DNA of 64,000 nucleotides from contig DASRSU010000025.1 in NCBI GenBank assembly GCA_035656295.1, positions 65,543 through 129,542 on the forward strand, in the 5' to 3' direction. This stretch comes from Candidatus Bathyarchaeia archaeon. GTDB taxonomy: Archaea; Thermoproteota; Bathyarchaeia; 40CM-2-53-6. Under the pieces are notes generated by a model. It saw nothing but the letters and a program-made list of their open reading frames with translations, did no database searches and was not told the origin of the DNA. Below, piece after piece: positions 46,977 through 57,068 of the stretch (position 1 is the stretch's first letter; the number at the start of each line of letters is the position of its first letter). Position numbers and translations under genes: made by a program.

Positions 46977-48281
46977 ATGACTGTGGAAGACCTCGCTGGA
47001 ATTCTGGGGCCGGCATCGCGGGCGCTAGAACTCATCGAGCGAGGTTTCAGTGAAAGAATGGCGGTCCAAATCGCAGTCACCGATTCTCGCAAAAGGCAAG
47101 ATGCGCTTGAGCTAGTACTAGACACAGTTTCTCAAAAAGACTCTCTCACTAAGGCCCTGGATGCGGTCCTGGGTCAAAGACGTTTCTCACAAAAGGAGAG
47201 AATGTTTCTAACTATGGTGTGTCATCTCATCCTCACCTCGTCCACGGCCATATTGGAAAGGTCAGTACGAGCGATCAGAGAAGAGACTCCGCTCGGGATA
47301 GCACGAGAAGTTGAGAAATTGATCGGTGAAATCCGAGGTGCGACGAAAAACGGTGTTGCCCTGGGAGAGACGGATGAGGAGCAAGTTGCTATCAGAACGC
47401 ACCAGCAAGTTTGGTGGGCCAAATACTGCTTTCGACTTTTAGGCCGTAGCGCAGCAATCGATTTCCTCTCCTCATCCGATAGGCCCCGATTCGTACACGT
47501 CAATCCTCTGAAGAACAGCGGCAGCTGGACGCTCCCTGAAGAAAAGCGCCCAGATCTTGGCCACGCTCTTATCAAAGCTCTGCCCGATTGTGATGTGTAT
47601 CGGCTCGGAGCATCCCCTTTCGTGTTGTCAAAGTATTTTGCGGAGGGGCTATTCCAGCTACAGGATCTGGCATCGTTCCTCGCTGTTATGGTCGCAGATC
47701 CTAGACCACATGAACGGGTGCTCGAGCTCTGCGCCGCGCCGGGATCCAAGACTTCGACGATCGCACAGAAAATGATGAATTTGGGTCAAATAGTCTCGGT
47801 TGACATGTCGAGTACACGACTTCGGATGTGGAGACACCACATCGATAGAATGGGAGTTAGGATCGCCGAACCAGTTCTCGCGGACGCGTCTAACCTCGGA
47901 ATCAATGACGGTTTTGATCTTGTTATTGTAGATCCTCCGTGCTCTGGGACAGGCGTGTTTGATCGCAATCCACGGATGAAATGGTACGTTTCGCCCCGTT
48001 CCGTCGAGAAATATTCGACGATTCAACAGGCATTCTTGGATCAGGCTGTGAGCCTGGTCGGAGGACAAGGCCGAATAGTATACTCGACCTGTAGTATCAC
48101 GACGGAAGAAAACGAGGGCGTAATCTCCAGCTTTCTAGCGAACCATGCAGAATTTGAAACCCGGCCGACACTTTCCTATCTGGGTTCTCCGGGAAGGGGC
48201 TCGCTTACAAATTGCAGACGCTTCTATCCACATTCAGATCATACTGCGGGGTACTTTATTGCGAAAATGCAACGAACATAA
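46977..48281 (+). CDS. RsmB/NOP2 (NSUN) RNA m5C methyltransferase
   Basis: QDLAS, LELCAAPGSKT, VDPPCSGTG, YSTCS. Confidence 0.92.
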   Translation: MTVEDLAGILGPASRALELIERGFSERMAVQIAVTDSRKRQDALELVLDTVSQKDSLTKALDAVLGQRRFSQKERMFLTMVCHLILTSSTAILERSVRAIREETPLGIAREVEKLIGEIRGATKNGVALGETDEEQVAIRTHQQVWWAKYCFRLLGRSAAIDFLSSSDRPRFVHVNPLKNSGSWTLPEEKRPDLGHALIKALPDCDVYRLGASPFVLSKYFAEGLFQLQDLASFLAVMVADPRPHERVLELCAAPGSKTSTIAQKMMNLGQIVSVDMSSTRLRMWRHHIDRMGVRIAEPVLADASNLGINDGFDLVIVDPPCSGTGVFDRNPRMKWYVSPRSVEKYSTIQQAFLDQAVSLVGGQGRIVYSTCSITTEENEGVISSFLANHAEFETRPTLSYLGSPGRGSLTNCRRFYPHSDHTAGYFIAKMQRT

Positions 48282-48316
48282 CGCCGGATGAAGTGTTGAG
48301 ATTAGGGGAACCTTCC

Positions 48317-48973
48317 ATGAACAATTGGCCCCAGGTTCAAGTCGCCCTCGACCTCACTGACATTGATTCCGCACTTAGGATCGCGTCAGCGGCAACGTCT
48401 GCGGGCATAAGATGGGTCGAAGCCGGCACCCCTCTTATCAAGAGTCAGGGCTCAAAGGCAATCACCGCGTTAAAACAAAAGTTTTCCGAGGCAATTATCG
48501 TTGCAGACATGAAAACACTGGACGCCGGGGCAATTGAGGCCAGCATTGCGTTCGAGGCAGGAGCCGACGTCATGTCCGTTTCGGGACTCGCTCACCAACA
48601 AACGATCAGGGATGCCGTCTTAACGGGAAAGCGATATTCTCGACGCGTGATAGCCGATCTCTTGATGACCTCAAGCTCCTTGAAACGCGCCAAGCTTCTG
48701 GAGCGGCTCGGCGTAGACATTGTTTGCGCGCACACGGGAATTGATGCTCAAAAAGTACGCGGGCACGTTCGACCGGCCAAGAGTCTAAGTAGTTTGGTTG
48801 GAGCGGTAAAGATTCCGGTTGCAGTCGCCGGAGGAGTAAACCCGACAATAGCGGCTCAGCTCGTCAGTTTGGGAATCAAGATCATAATAGTCGGCGGTTG
48901 GATTACTAAGTCGCAAGATCCACTGGAAGCTTCGAAGAAGATCCTAGAAAGTATTCATGCGCAATCTTGCTAG
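48317..48973 (+). CDS. hps: 3-Hexulose-6-phosphate synthase (HUMPS/OMPDC barrel)
   Basis: QVALD, EAGTPLIK..G, ADMKTLDAG..E, HTGIDAQ, AVAGG; start placed at the ATG at 48317. Confidence 0.85.
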   Translation: MNNWPQVQVALDLTDIDSALRIASAATSAGIRWVEAGTPLIKSQGSKAITALKQKFSEAIIVADMKTLDAGAIEASIAFEAGADVMSVSGLAHQQTIRDAVLTGKRYSRRVIADLLMTSSSLKRAKLLERLGVDIVCAHTGIDAQKVRGHVRPAKSLSSLVGAVKIPVAVAGGVNPTIAAQLVSLGIKIIIVGGWITKSQDPLEASKKILESIHAQSC

Positions 48974-50217
48974 GATCCGTACAGTCTGCTACGTCCCATG
49001 AGATCGGTCAAGACGGGCATAAGGTCAATTCCTCTTATGCGTCCGAGGTTCCCACGCGACGCCGACGCTTCGCTCAATTTCAGTATCCTGCTCGCCGGGA
49101 CGTCGGGACCACCAACTACGATCGGAACTGGGTCGCCGGTGTGGCTGCCGTATCCGACGGGTGTCGCGTGGTCTGAAGTGAGGCATACATAGTTGGTGCC
49201 GATGTCAACTTCGTCGATTATGTTTCCGACCATTCGGTCAACGTCTTCGAGCGCGCGAACTTTGCCTTTGAAGTCTGCGTCGTGGCCTGCGATATCGGGC
49301 GCTTTCACGTGAACGACCACGAAGTTACTGTCTCTGCTGCCCGAGATAGCTGCCTTGGCCTTGGATTCGTAATCAGTATTGAGAGTTCCAGTGGCGCCTT
49401 TAACATCGATTATCTCCATGCCGGCGGCAGTAGCAATCCCATTGATCACTGGAGTTCCTGAGATGCATGCTCCACGAAGATCATACCGAGACTTGAAACC
49501 CGGTAACTCGGGTATCGTGCCTGCGCCTCGAGTTATGACAATGTTAGCCGTTTTCTCGCCGTTGCTCTCGCGTTCCTTATTCAACGGGAGTTCCCTTAGC
49601 GCTTCGTGAGACCTCTTGACAAATTCGTTGACCGCCCCCGCAGTTCTCTTTGCCTCTTCCGTTCCATCCTTCGCCCGAGAAATTCCGACCTTGTAGCCTT
49701 CCTCCTTCGGGTCGGTGTCGGACACCATTCGGGATAATTTGTCTCCCCTTAGAACCAAGACCGCCCTATGTTCGACGGTTGGTCTGAAAATTGTTTTAAC
49801 TCCTGGAACACTATCGACCTTGATTTCGGCAGTGGCCTTTCCAAGTTTGGAAACGCCTTTTCGGATCCTTCCCGCTCTTCTGTCAATGACACGAAAATCG
49901 TCATCGACGGTGGCAAAATTGCACCGGAACGCAACGTCTCCAGGTCTCAACTCAATTCCTGCCCCTATCGCCTCGAGTGCGCCTCTGCCCGTGTAGTATT
50001 TCTCTGGATCATAGCCTAGAAGGGCCAATGCGGCTACATCTGTGCCCGCTCTGACCCCGGGCGAAATCGGGTCCAGCATGCCTACGAGCCCTCCCTTGGC
50101 CAGTCTATCGATATTGGGGGTGTTTGCATATTCAAGTGGGGTCTTGTAGTCATGTTCGATGAGTGGCCTATCGGCCATGCCGTCTACTATAATCAAAACT
50201 GCTTTCTTGTCGCTCAA
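48970..50217 (-). CDS. apgM: 2,3-Bisphosphoglycerate-independent phosphoglycerate mutase, archaeal type
   Basis: IVDGMAD, TPLEYANTPNID, GTDVA, HVKAPDIAGHD, TSDHATP..HTGDPVP. Confidence 0.95.
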   Translation of the reverse strand: MSDKKAVLIIVDGMADRPLIEHDYKTPLEYANTPNIDRLAKGGLVGMLDPISPGVRAGTDVAALALLGYDPEKYYTGRGALEAIGAGIELRPGDVAFRCNFATVDDDFRVIDRRAGRIRKGVSKLGKATAEIKVDSVPGVKTIFRPTVEHRAVLVLRGDKLSRMVSDTDPKEEGYKVGISRAKDGTEEAKRTAGAVNEFVKRSHEALRELPLNKERESNGEKTANIVITRGAGTIPELPGFKSRYDLRGACISGTPVINGIATAAGMEIIDVKGATGTLNTDYESKAKAAISGSRDSNFVVVHVKAPDIAGHDADFKGKVRALEDVDRMVGNIIDEVDIGTNYVCLTSDHATPVGYGSHTGDPVPIVVGGPDVPASRILKLSEASASRGNLGRIRGIDLMPVLTDLMGRSRLYGS

Positions 50218-50540
50218 TTCCGAGATTGCCTAAGCGACCATTTTACGTCAATACGGTTAAAACGCTTTTGGGCTTACTTTCGAACTACAGCCGATCACTA
50301 CCACGTCGGACGAGGACATTGGAAGGGTAAGAGTGAGTCTTTGACTCGTCGACTTCCCAGACATGGAAGTGACAAACGAGTCATGTCACCAAAGCAAGGA
50401 TTGACAAGTCCAAAGAATCACCTCGACGTGCGGCCTTCGCCGTATCCGGTGCGGAGAAAGGAGCGTCGGACTAGGAATTGAAGATCGAACAAAAGAAGCG
50501 TATGAAATACCTCCTGACAGATTCCAAGAGGTGGCATTGA

Positions 50541-52643
50541 GTGTACACTCTGATAATATGCGAGAAACCTGACGCCGCTTCTCGAGTGGCGCGAGCGATC
50601 GACGACGATTATTCGCCTAGAAGGGAGCAGGTCGAAGGCGTTCCAGTTTTCAAGTGTAACAGTGGACTACACAGGATCGTTGTTTGCTCGGCCTTGGGGC
50701 ACTTGTACACCCTTGACTCGAAGGGACGTACGCCCCAGCGCTACTATCCCGTCTGGGACTACGACTGGAGGGCGAGGCACTTGACGCGGAAAAAAGATTC
50801 CAGACTTTCAAGATGGATCAGAGTGATCAGTTCGCTAGCCGCACAGGCCGACTCATACATTAACGCATGCGACTACGACATTGAGGGAGCTGTCATCGGA
50901 CATACTGTCCTGAAATATGCATGCAACGGTGCCGACCGTCTCGTCAAGCGAATGAAGTTCAGTACAATGACAGACACAGAACTAAGACATGCGTTCAAGA
51001 ATCTACTGGTCGAACCAGATTTTGCGACGGTCGAGGCCGGCCTGTGCCGCCACGAACTCGACTGGCTGTACGGAATCAACCTCACACGTCTGCTGACCCA
51101 CTCGACCACAGAGCAAAGCCGTGGCTACTCGACAGTCTCAACCGGCCGAGTGCAAGGCCCGACATTGAAATTCATAGTTGATCGAGAAAACCAGATCAAT
51201 AGTTTCGTCCCGACACCCTACTGGAAGATCGAAGCTGCAGTATCGATTCACGGTAAGGGCTTCAGTCTCGAATATGGAAGAGATAAGATACCCTCTCAAA
51301 ACGAGGCAACGGCTATTGTTAATGCACTCAAAGGCAGCTGGCTAGGAGTTTCGAAGATAGAAGCCTTTGACCTCAGTAGTCCAGCTCCGTATCCTTTTGA
51401 TCTTGCCGCGCTCCAGGCCGAGTCGTTCCGTATCTTCCACTACACCCCTTCGCGAACACTAGCGATCGCAGAGAGGCTGTACCTCAACGCTCTGATTTCA
51501 TACCCGAGAACCTCAAGCCAGAAACTTCCGGCCGAGGTAGGCTACCCGGAGATCTTGAGAGGAATGTCCTACAGGCCAGAATATCGGGCATTGGTCAGCA
51601 AGCTTACCAGACGCAATACGCTTCGGCCCAATGAAGGTCCAAAAGGCGACGCAGCGCACCCGGCAATCTATCCAACCGGGGAGGTTCTCCGAACCAATCT
51701 CGGTAGGCAGGAATGGAACATCTTAGACTTGATCATAAGGGGGTTCATGGCAACTTTTGCGGAGCCGAGCCTACAGAAAGTATCGAGGATCATCTTGGAA
51801 AATGGAGGCCATCGTTTCCACCTGACCGGTAGCCAATTGATAGTTCCTGGCTGGAGAGAGTTCTATTCACAATACGTCTCCATTGAATCGCGATCGATTC
51901 CAGTCGTAAAAGTCGGAGATATAGTAGACATTCAAGAAATAATGGATGTCAAGAAACGAACAGAACCACCTCCAAGATACAACCCGAGCAGTCTACTGAA
52001 AAAAATGGAAGATGAGAGAATAGGGACCAAGGCCACAAGGTCAGAGATAATCGATATCTTGTATCGGCGGTCCTACATCACAGACATCAGGATACACCCC
52101 ACACCCCTTGCGCTAGAATTGGTGAGTCTCTTAGGCAAATACTGTCCTCTAATCGTTGATTCGTCGTTCACGTCTCAGCTTGAAACCGACATGGAAGACA
52201 TTCAGGGCTTACGCAGCTCTAGAAGGAGAGTTATATTGCGTGCCTTAGGTCATCTGCGAAGTGTCATGCAAGATCTAATGTCGAAGCAACCCGAAATAGG
52301 CGAGACTCTTTCCAAAGTTGTGATGGCCCAGAAAATGGATGCATTGACTTTCAATTATCCATGTCCAACATGTGCGTCTACACTAAGAATCATCAAGAGC
52401 AGAGCATCTGGGAAGAGGTTCGTTGGATGTACAGGTTGGAAGAAGGGCTGTAAGTTCTCTCTACCCCTACCCCAGTACGGAGTACTGTCAATAACCAAGA
52501 GGAATTGTGATGTATGTGGGTTTCAGATGGTAGAGGCGCTACCGAAATCACGTCGTCGCCTTGTCTCTTGCCCCCGTTGTTATATGACCAAGCGAAGTAG
52601 AGAATCGGCAGACACCCTTCCCGTACTACCGTTGCCGAGCTAG
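50541..52643 (+). CDS. topA: Type IA DNA topoisomerase with C-terminal Zn ribbons
   Basis: ICEKP (TOPRIM), ACDYDIEG, STGRVQGP, ISYPRT (catalytic Tyr), IGTKATR; C-terminal CxxC motifs. Confidence 0.95.
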   Translation: MYTLIICEKPDAASRVARAIDDDYSPRREQVEGVPVFKCNSGLHRIVVCSALGHLYTLDSKGRTPQRYYPVWDYDWRARHLTRKKDSRLSRWIRVISSLAAQADSYINACDYDIEGAVIGHTVLKYACNGADRLVKRMKFSTMTDTELRHAFKNLLVEPDFATVEAGLCRHELDWLYGINLTRLLTHSTTEQSRGYSTVSTGRVQGPTLKFIVDRENQINSFVPTPYWKIEAAVSIHGKGFSLEYGRDKIPSQNEATAIVNALKGSWLGVSKIEAFDLSSPAPYPFDLAALQAESFRIFHYTPSRTLAIAERLYLNALISYPRTSSQKLPAEVGYPEILRGMSYRPEYRALVSKLTRRNTLRPNEGPKGDAAHPAIYPTGEVLRTNLGRQEWNILDLIIRGFMATFAEPSLQKVSRIILENGGHRFHLTGSQLIVPGWREFYSQYVSIESRSIPVVKVGDIVDIQEIMDVKKRTEPPPRYNPSSLLKKMEDERIGTKATRSEIIDILYRRSYITDIRIHPTPLALELVSLLGKYCPLIVDSSFTSQLETDMEDIQGLRSSRRRVILRALGHLRSVMQDLMSKQPEIGETLSKVVMAQKMDALTFNYPCPTCASTLRIIKSRASGKRFVGCTGWKKGCKFSLPLPQYGVLSITKRNCDVCGFQMVEALPKSRRRLVSCPRCYMTKRSRESADTLPVLPLPS

Positions 52644-52662
52644 CCTAGTAAGGATGCTGGAG

Positions 52663-53103
52663 CTAGCTGAAGGAGCGACGTTTGTCTAGGAGTGCGAGGA
52701 TTGCGAGCGAAGCAAAAAGGACTAACACAATCAATGAAGTGACAAACGCAATGGTAAGAGGTTGCTGAAGCACGCCAGGATTCGACAGGGTTGGGAATAG
52801 GGTGAACAGGGGCATTACGATGTGCGGAGGGAAGAGAAGCACACCAAGCCATAGTCCCAAGCGCCCCATTCGGAATAGGCCATAGCTTGCAGTTATGGAG
52901 AATGCGCCAAGAAGAAACACGTGCAGGAGAGATAAGTCTTGTACGGCAATTGGAAACGCTAGATAGTAGATGCCGGATGCTGCATAGAACACCGATGCAA
53001 AAGTCACCCCCACGGGGCGGGCCAACGGAACCGTCGAGGCTTCCTGCTTGGTTTCTTGTGTTGGCAACATTCCAGACTCTTGCGCGGCTGGCACGCCTAC
53101 CAA
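52663..53103 (-). CDS. Hypothetical membrane protein
   Basis: ARPVGVT followed by four hydrophobic segments. Confidence 0.7.
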   Translation of the reverse strand: MVGVPAAQESGMLPTQETKQEASTVPLARPVGVTFASVFYAASGIYYLAFPIAVQDLSLLHVFLLGAFSITASYGLFRMGRLGLWLGVLLFPPHIVMPLFTLFPTLSNPGVLQQPLTIAFVTSLIVLVLFASLAILALLDKRRSFS

Positions 53104-53144
53104 AATAAGCCTTACATTGCTTGTGAATAGGCTCTAAAACTAGC

Positions 53145-54044
53145 TTGAGTCGATCGAGTCTCTACCTTTCTCCTAGGACTCCGTTCACGGGCGTGTCAGC
53201 AGACCTGACAAAGTCCCGCTTCGGCTTCTTCGGTGTCCCCTATGATCGCACGTGCACTTACAAGCCTGGTTCTAGATTCGGTCCCGGCGCGATACGAGAC
53301 GCCTCAGCTAACCTAGAATTGTATAGCATTAGGTCCAATGTTGACCTAGAGTCCGTTCCAATAACCGATCTTGGAGACGTTGACACCCTCGAACAGTTGC
53401 CCGAGACACTCTCCAGAGTATCCGTCGTGTGGTCTGAGCTAGTCGCACAGGGAAAGCTTCCCATTATAGTAGGCGGCGAGCATAGCATTACGAAGGCTCC
53501 ATTCGATGTGATTCATTCCGATGTTGGAATAGTGAGTTTCGATGCGCACCTAGACCTGAGAGATGAGTTTCTCGGGGAGAAACTTTCCCATGCAACGTTC
53601 ATGCGAAGGATAGGGGAGAAAATAGGTCCCACCAACGTGATGGAGGTTGGGATAAGAGCATTCTCAAAACCAGAGCTGGATTACTGCAGAGAGACCGGAG
53701 TCAACTTAGTCTTCGCTAACGAGATTCACCGGGCAACGATTAGAAATGTCATCAGAAAGATCAGCTCGTTTGTGTCTCGCCATGACAAGGTGTATGTTAC
53801 GGTCGACATTGATGTGTTGGATCCCGCATTCGCTCCGGGAGTGGGGAATCCCGAGCCTGATGGAATTTCGACAGATGATCTAATTACTATGGTCACTTCT
53901 GCTGTGGGAAAAAACACTATAGGGTTTGATCTGGTCGAGGTTTGTCCACCCCTCGATACTGGGCAGACGGCGGCGGTCGGTGCGAAAATAATCTTCGAGG
54001 CGGTCGCAGTGTTGTCGGCAGGAGCAAGTCAACGTGAAGTTTGA
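53145..54044 (+). CDS. speB: Agmatinase (ureohydrolase family)
   Basis: PGSRFGP, GGEHS, FDAHLDLRD, SHAT, DIDVLDPAFAPGVG.PE. Confidence 0.92.
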   Translation: MSRSSLYLSPRTPFTGVSADLTKSRFGFFGVPYDRTCTYKPGSRFGPGAIRDASANLELYSIRSNVDLESVPITDLGDVDTLEQLPETLSRVSVVWSELVAQGKLPIIVGGEHSITKAPFDVIHSDVGIVSFDAHLDLRDEFLGEKLSHATFMRRIGEKIGPTNVMEVGIRAFSKPELDYCRETGVNLVFANEIHRATIRNVIRKISSFVSRHDKVYVTVDIDVLDPAFAPGVGNPEPDGISTDDLITMVTSAVGKNTIGFDLVEVCPPLDTGQTAAVGAKIIFEAVAVLSAGASQREV

Positions 54045-55206
54045 CAATTACGTTACCGCTTCGACCACTAGAGCAAGAAGCGACAAGAACGTATCCAGGG
54101 AACGATTTGAAAAACTAAAGCATCAAGCAGTTGAAGCCTTGGAGGCAAACTCATTTCGCGCCCGCGCCAATCTTAACGGAGTCATAGTAGAATTCTGGGG
54201 CAACAGTCGACACCAGTATGATTTTTGGAGACTTAACTGGAAAGAGGCTCTACCCTCGTCCATCCCAGACGCGACAATAATCTCGGCGTTTGGCGTTGAA
54301 GGGGTTGAACCTTCCGCCTATTACTGCCCCGAAACTCACGAGTCGATATTTTTCAACACAGAATACTATGGTCAATGCAAGAGTTGGGCTCTCGGAACCG
54401 CCGCGGCCGTGCTTGAGCAGGAGAAGAATACTCACTGTATCCACGGAGCATGCGTTGATGTGAAGGGAAGCGGGGTGATCATAGTCGCTCCCACAGGTAC
54501 AGGGAAAACGACCCAAGCCTTCAAGCTAATGGAATTGCCTGGAGGTAGGATGGTGGGGGATGATTGGGTCTACATTGATCATACGGAGGGAGAACGGCTC
54601 GGTTACTTGTTAGGCCGGCAACCGGAGAAGAGTTTGTACATGAGGACGGAGACACAGCTTGCGAAGCCTTGGCTGAGGAAGATTTTTGATGAGAGCAAAT
54701 GCGAAAACGTAGTTACTCGTAAGGAAACTTGTGAGTTCACCGAGGGAATGACGGGGTGCAGAATCAGTGGGACCGATTGTGTGTTCAACAAGGGTCTTAG
54801 TTGGTGCTACTATGCTTTCGGGAATAGCAGAGCCCTCGTACCCAGAGAAAAGTTATTCGGCCCGGACAAGATTGCAGACCAAGCAAGAATCAAAGTCCTA
54901 GTCCTGTTGAGGCGTGACAACAAGAGTCCCGGACTGGTAAAGCTAGACGCGACAGAAGCCGTCCGCGTTTTGAGGAAGGGAGAGTACATGATCAGGCCAG
55001 GGGCGGGCCCGAAAGAGCTGTGGGGCAAGATGGGCAGCGAACCTTGGTTCAATCCGTATTTGCTCCATCTAGATCATGATCGACAGGCACTCTTCTTCAG
55101 CGAGATGATTTCCAAGTATAGGGTCAGATGCATCCTCCTCAATACCGGCGTCGAAAGTATTGACGAGACCCACGGGAGAATAATAGAGGCGCTCGAAGCG
55201 TGCTAG
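54034..55206 (+). CDS. PEPCK/HPr-kinase-like P-loop protein with Cys-rich insert, function unknown
   Basis: IHGACVD, APTGTGKTT, VGDDW (the kinase-1a and kinase-2 layout of the PEPCK/HPrK superfamily); five Cys between CENV and CYYAFGNSRA. Confidence 0.7.
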   Translation: MKFDNYVTASTTRARSDKNVSRERFEKLKHQAVEALEANSFRARANLNGVIVEFWGNSRHQYDFWRLNWKEALPSSIPDATIISAFGVEGVEPSAYYCPETHESIFFNTEYYGQCKSWALGTAAAVLEQEKNTHCIHGACVDVKGSGVIIVAPTGTGKTTQAFKLMELPGGRMVGDDWVYIDHTEGERLGYLLGRQPEKSLYMRTETQLAKPWLRKIFDESKCENVVTRKETCEFTEGMTGCRISGTDCVFNKGLSWCYYAFGNSRALVPREKLFGPDKIADQARIKVLVLLRRDNKSPGLVKLDATEAVRVLRKGEYMIRPGAGPKELWGKMGSEPWFNPYLLHLDHDRQALFFSEMISKYRVRCILLNTGVESIDETHGRIIEALEAC

Positions 55207-55233
55207 GAATCTAGCGTCTTGCGATATGGTTTT

Positions 55234-57021
55234 TCATGTCTCCCCTTCAGAGGACGTCCCCTGTCCGATCTTCTTCAATTGAGCCTGGTACATTTCCACT
55301 ATCTCCCTTGTTGTGGTGGCGTCTTCCGGTGACTTTTCGGTTCTGTATCTGCCTGTGAAACGAGGAAACCGGATGGCGAGACCGTATCCAGGACGGATCG
55401 AGTTAAGACCACAGGTGTGAACCGGGCTCAGTGTGATCTCAGCACCGATCACCTCGATTACCAATCCTGGGACGAACCATGCATCAGCAGCTAGCTTCGA
55501 ACTTACCCTAGCATGCCTCTTGGGTGTCGCGTACTTTTCGAGCAGTTTCGGTAGCTTGCCCAGGTCTTCGTCCGTGAACCCCGAACCACACTTGCATACA
55601 GTTTCGAAGAGATCCTCGCGGTCGTTGTATGCGGCGAGCAGTACTGCCCCGTGCAAGCCCCCTCTTCTGCCTCGCCCCGCGAACGCTCCCACGATGACGA
55701 GGTCTGCGGTGTCCTGCATTTCCGACTTGTATTCTCTCTTGTATTTGATCCATGTCCATCCCCTCGCCCCTGCCTTGTACGTGGAATCATTACTGATTGA
55801 TTTGACCATCACACCCTCAGAACCGTCGGAGACAGCTTCCTGCATGAACTCGTCAAGTCGCTTTGGATCTTCTACAATCGTTTGAACTGACAGCTTAAAC
55901 CTCGGTCCAGATTGTATCAGATTTGCGAGAGCCTTACGCCGCTCAGGGTAGGGCTTGAGCGTGTAGTCGGTCCCATCAGAGTACAGTATGTCAAAAGGAA
56001 ATAGAGCGATCGGAATCTCTTGCACCGATTCCTCGAGCCTATGTTTCCGACCTCGGCGCTGGGAGAGAAGTTGGAACGGCAGAAGTTCGCCGGTAATAGT
56101 GTCTATTGCGACCACTTCACCCTCTATCACAGCCTCATTCTTCTCTACACCCTGCCTTACTAGCTCTTGTACGTCAGGAAATTGATCAGTGACATTTTCC
56201 AACCGTCGGGAAAACAGAGCAACTTTCTTCTTTGAAAGATGTGCTTGTATTCTCAGACCGTCGTACTTGTATTCTGCGGCGGCCTTGCCGCCCATCTTTT
56301 CAAGAATCTGGACTGGATCAGAAAGCCTCTCAGAGAGCATTGGGCGAACTGGTCTGCCGATCGTGATCTTGAATGATCCAATCTCTCGAATCCCGCCGGC
56401 TGCGAGTGACTTTGCGACCAGTCCTAGGTCAGAGCAACGGTTGTACGCCTGTTCCAGTATTGTTCGAGCACTTTTTCCTCCTCCAAGCGCCTGAGCGAGG
56501 GCATGGAGGATCGTCATGTCCGCTACTCCGAGACGTAGCCTTCCAACAGCCATGCGGGTGATGTACTTCGCTTCGGTCGCGGTCGCTTTGGTGAGTAGAC
56601 CGCTCAGCAACCGAATCTTGGTTTCGACGGATCCAGATCCTGTGGACCTTGCGATACGGTCAAAGTTGTTGTAGACGTCTTCCACTGTTAGTGGTTCAGC
56701 GCCTAGTCCCGCCTGGTTTTTCTTGGCAAGTATTTCCTCTGCTGTGCTTCCGAGGTCTCCTCGTGTCTTGTACTCCGGCATGACCCGGGATTCAGGCTTC
56801 CCTGACACCAGGCTGATGGAACGTATCGCGAGTTTCTCTGCGACGCCTATCTCGATTCCGAAGTAATCAGGGTATAGCTTTCCCTGAGTTAGGTAGACTA
56901 CTTTGTCTATGATCGAAGCGTCAGTTTCTTTCAGCAACTGTACGAGAGCCGCGATGATTTCGATTCTGCTCGTAGTCTGGCTTATTCGCTCGTAGGCTGC
57001 AACTATTTGCGAGTAGAGCAT
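55234..57021 (-). CDS. lig: ATP-dependent DNA ligase
   Basis: EYKYDGLR (motif I), EGEVV, EGVMVK, WIKYKREY, RFPRF..R; start placed at the ATG at 57021. Confidence 0.97.
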   Translation of the reverse strand: MLYSQIVAAYERISQTTSRIEIIAALVQLLKETDASIIDKVVYLTQGKLYPDYFGIEIGVAEKLAIRSISLVSGKPESRVMPEYKTRGDLGSTAEEILAKKNQAGLGAEPLTVEDVYNNFDRIARSTGSGSVETKIRLLSGLLTKATATEAKYITRMAVGRLRLGVADMTILHALAQALGGGKSARTILEQAYNRCSDLGLVAKSLAAGGIREIGSFKITIGRPVRPMLSERLSDPVQILEKMGGKAAAEYKYDGLRIQAHLSKKKVALFSRRLENVTDQFPDVQELVRQGVEKNEAVIEGEVVAIDTITGELLPFQLLSQRRGRKHRLEESVQEIPIALFPFDILYSDGTDYTLKPYPERRKALANLIQSGPRFKLSVQTIVEDPKRLDEFMQEAVSDGSEGVMVKSISNDSTYKAGARGWTWIKYKREYKSEMQDTADLVIVGAFAGRGRRGGLHGAVLLAAYNDREDLFETVCKCGSGFTDEDLGKLPKLLEKYATPKRHARVSSKLAADAWFVPGLVIEVIGAEITLSPVHTCGLNSIRPGYGLAIRFPRFTGRYRTEKSPEDATTTREIVEMYQAQLKKIGQGTSSEGET

Positions 57022-57068
57022 CTTTGTCTTCAAAAGTGAAGACTTCTTCCAGGAAGATCTATTCCTCA

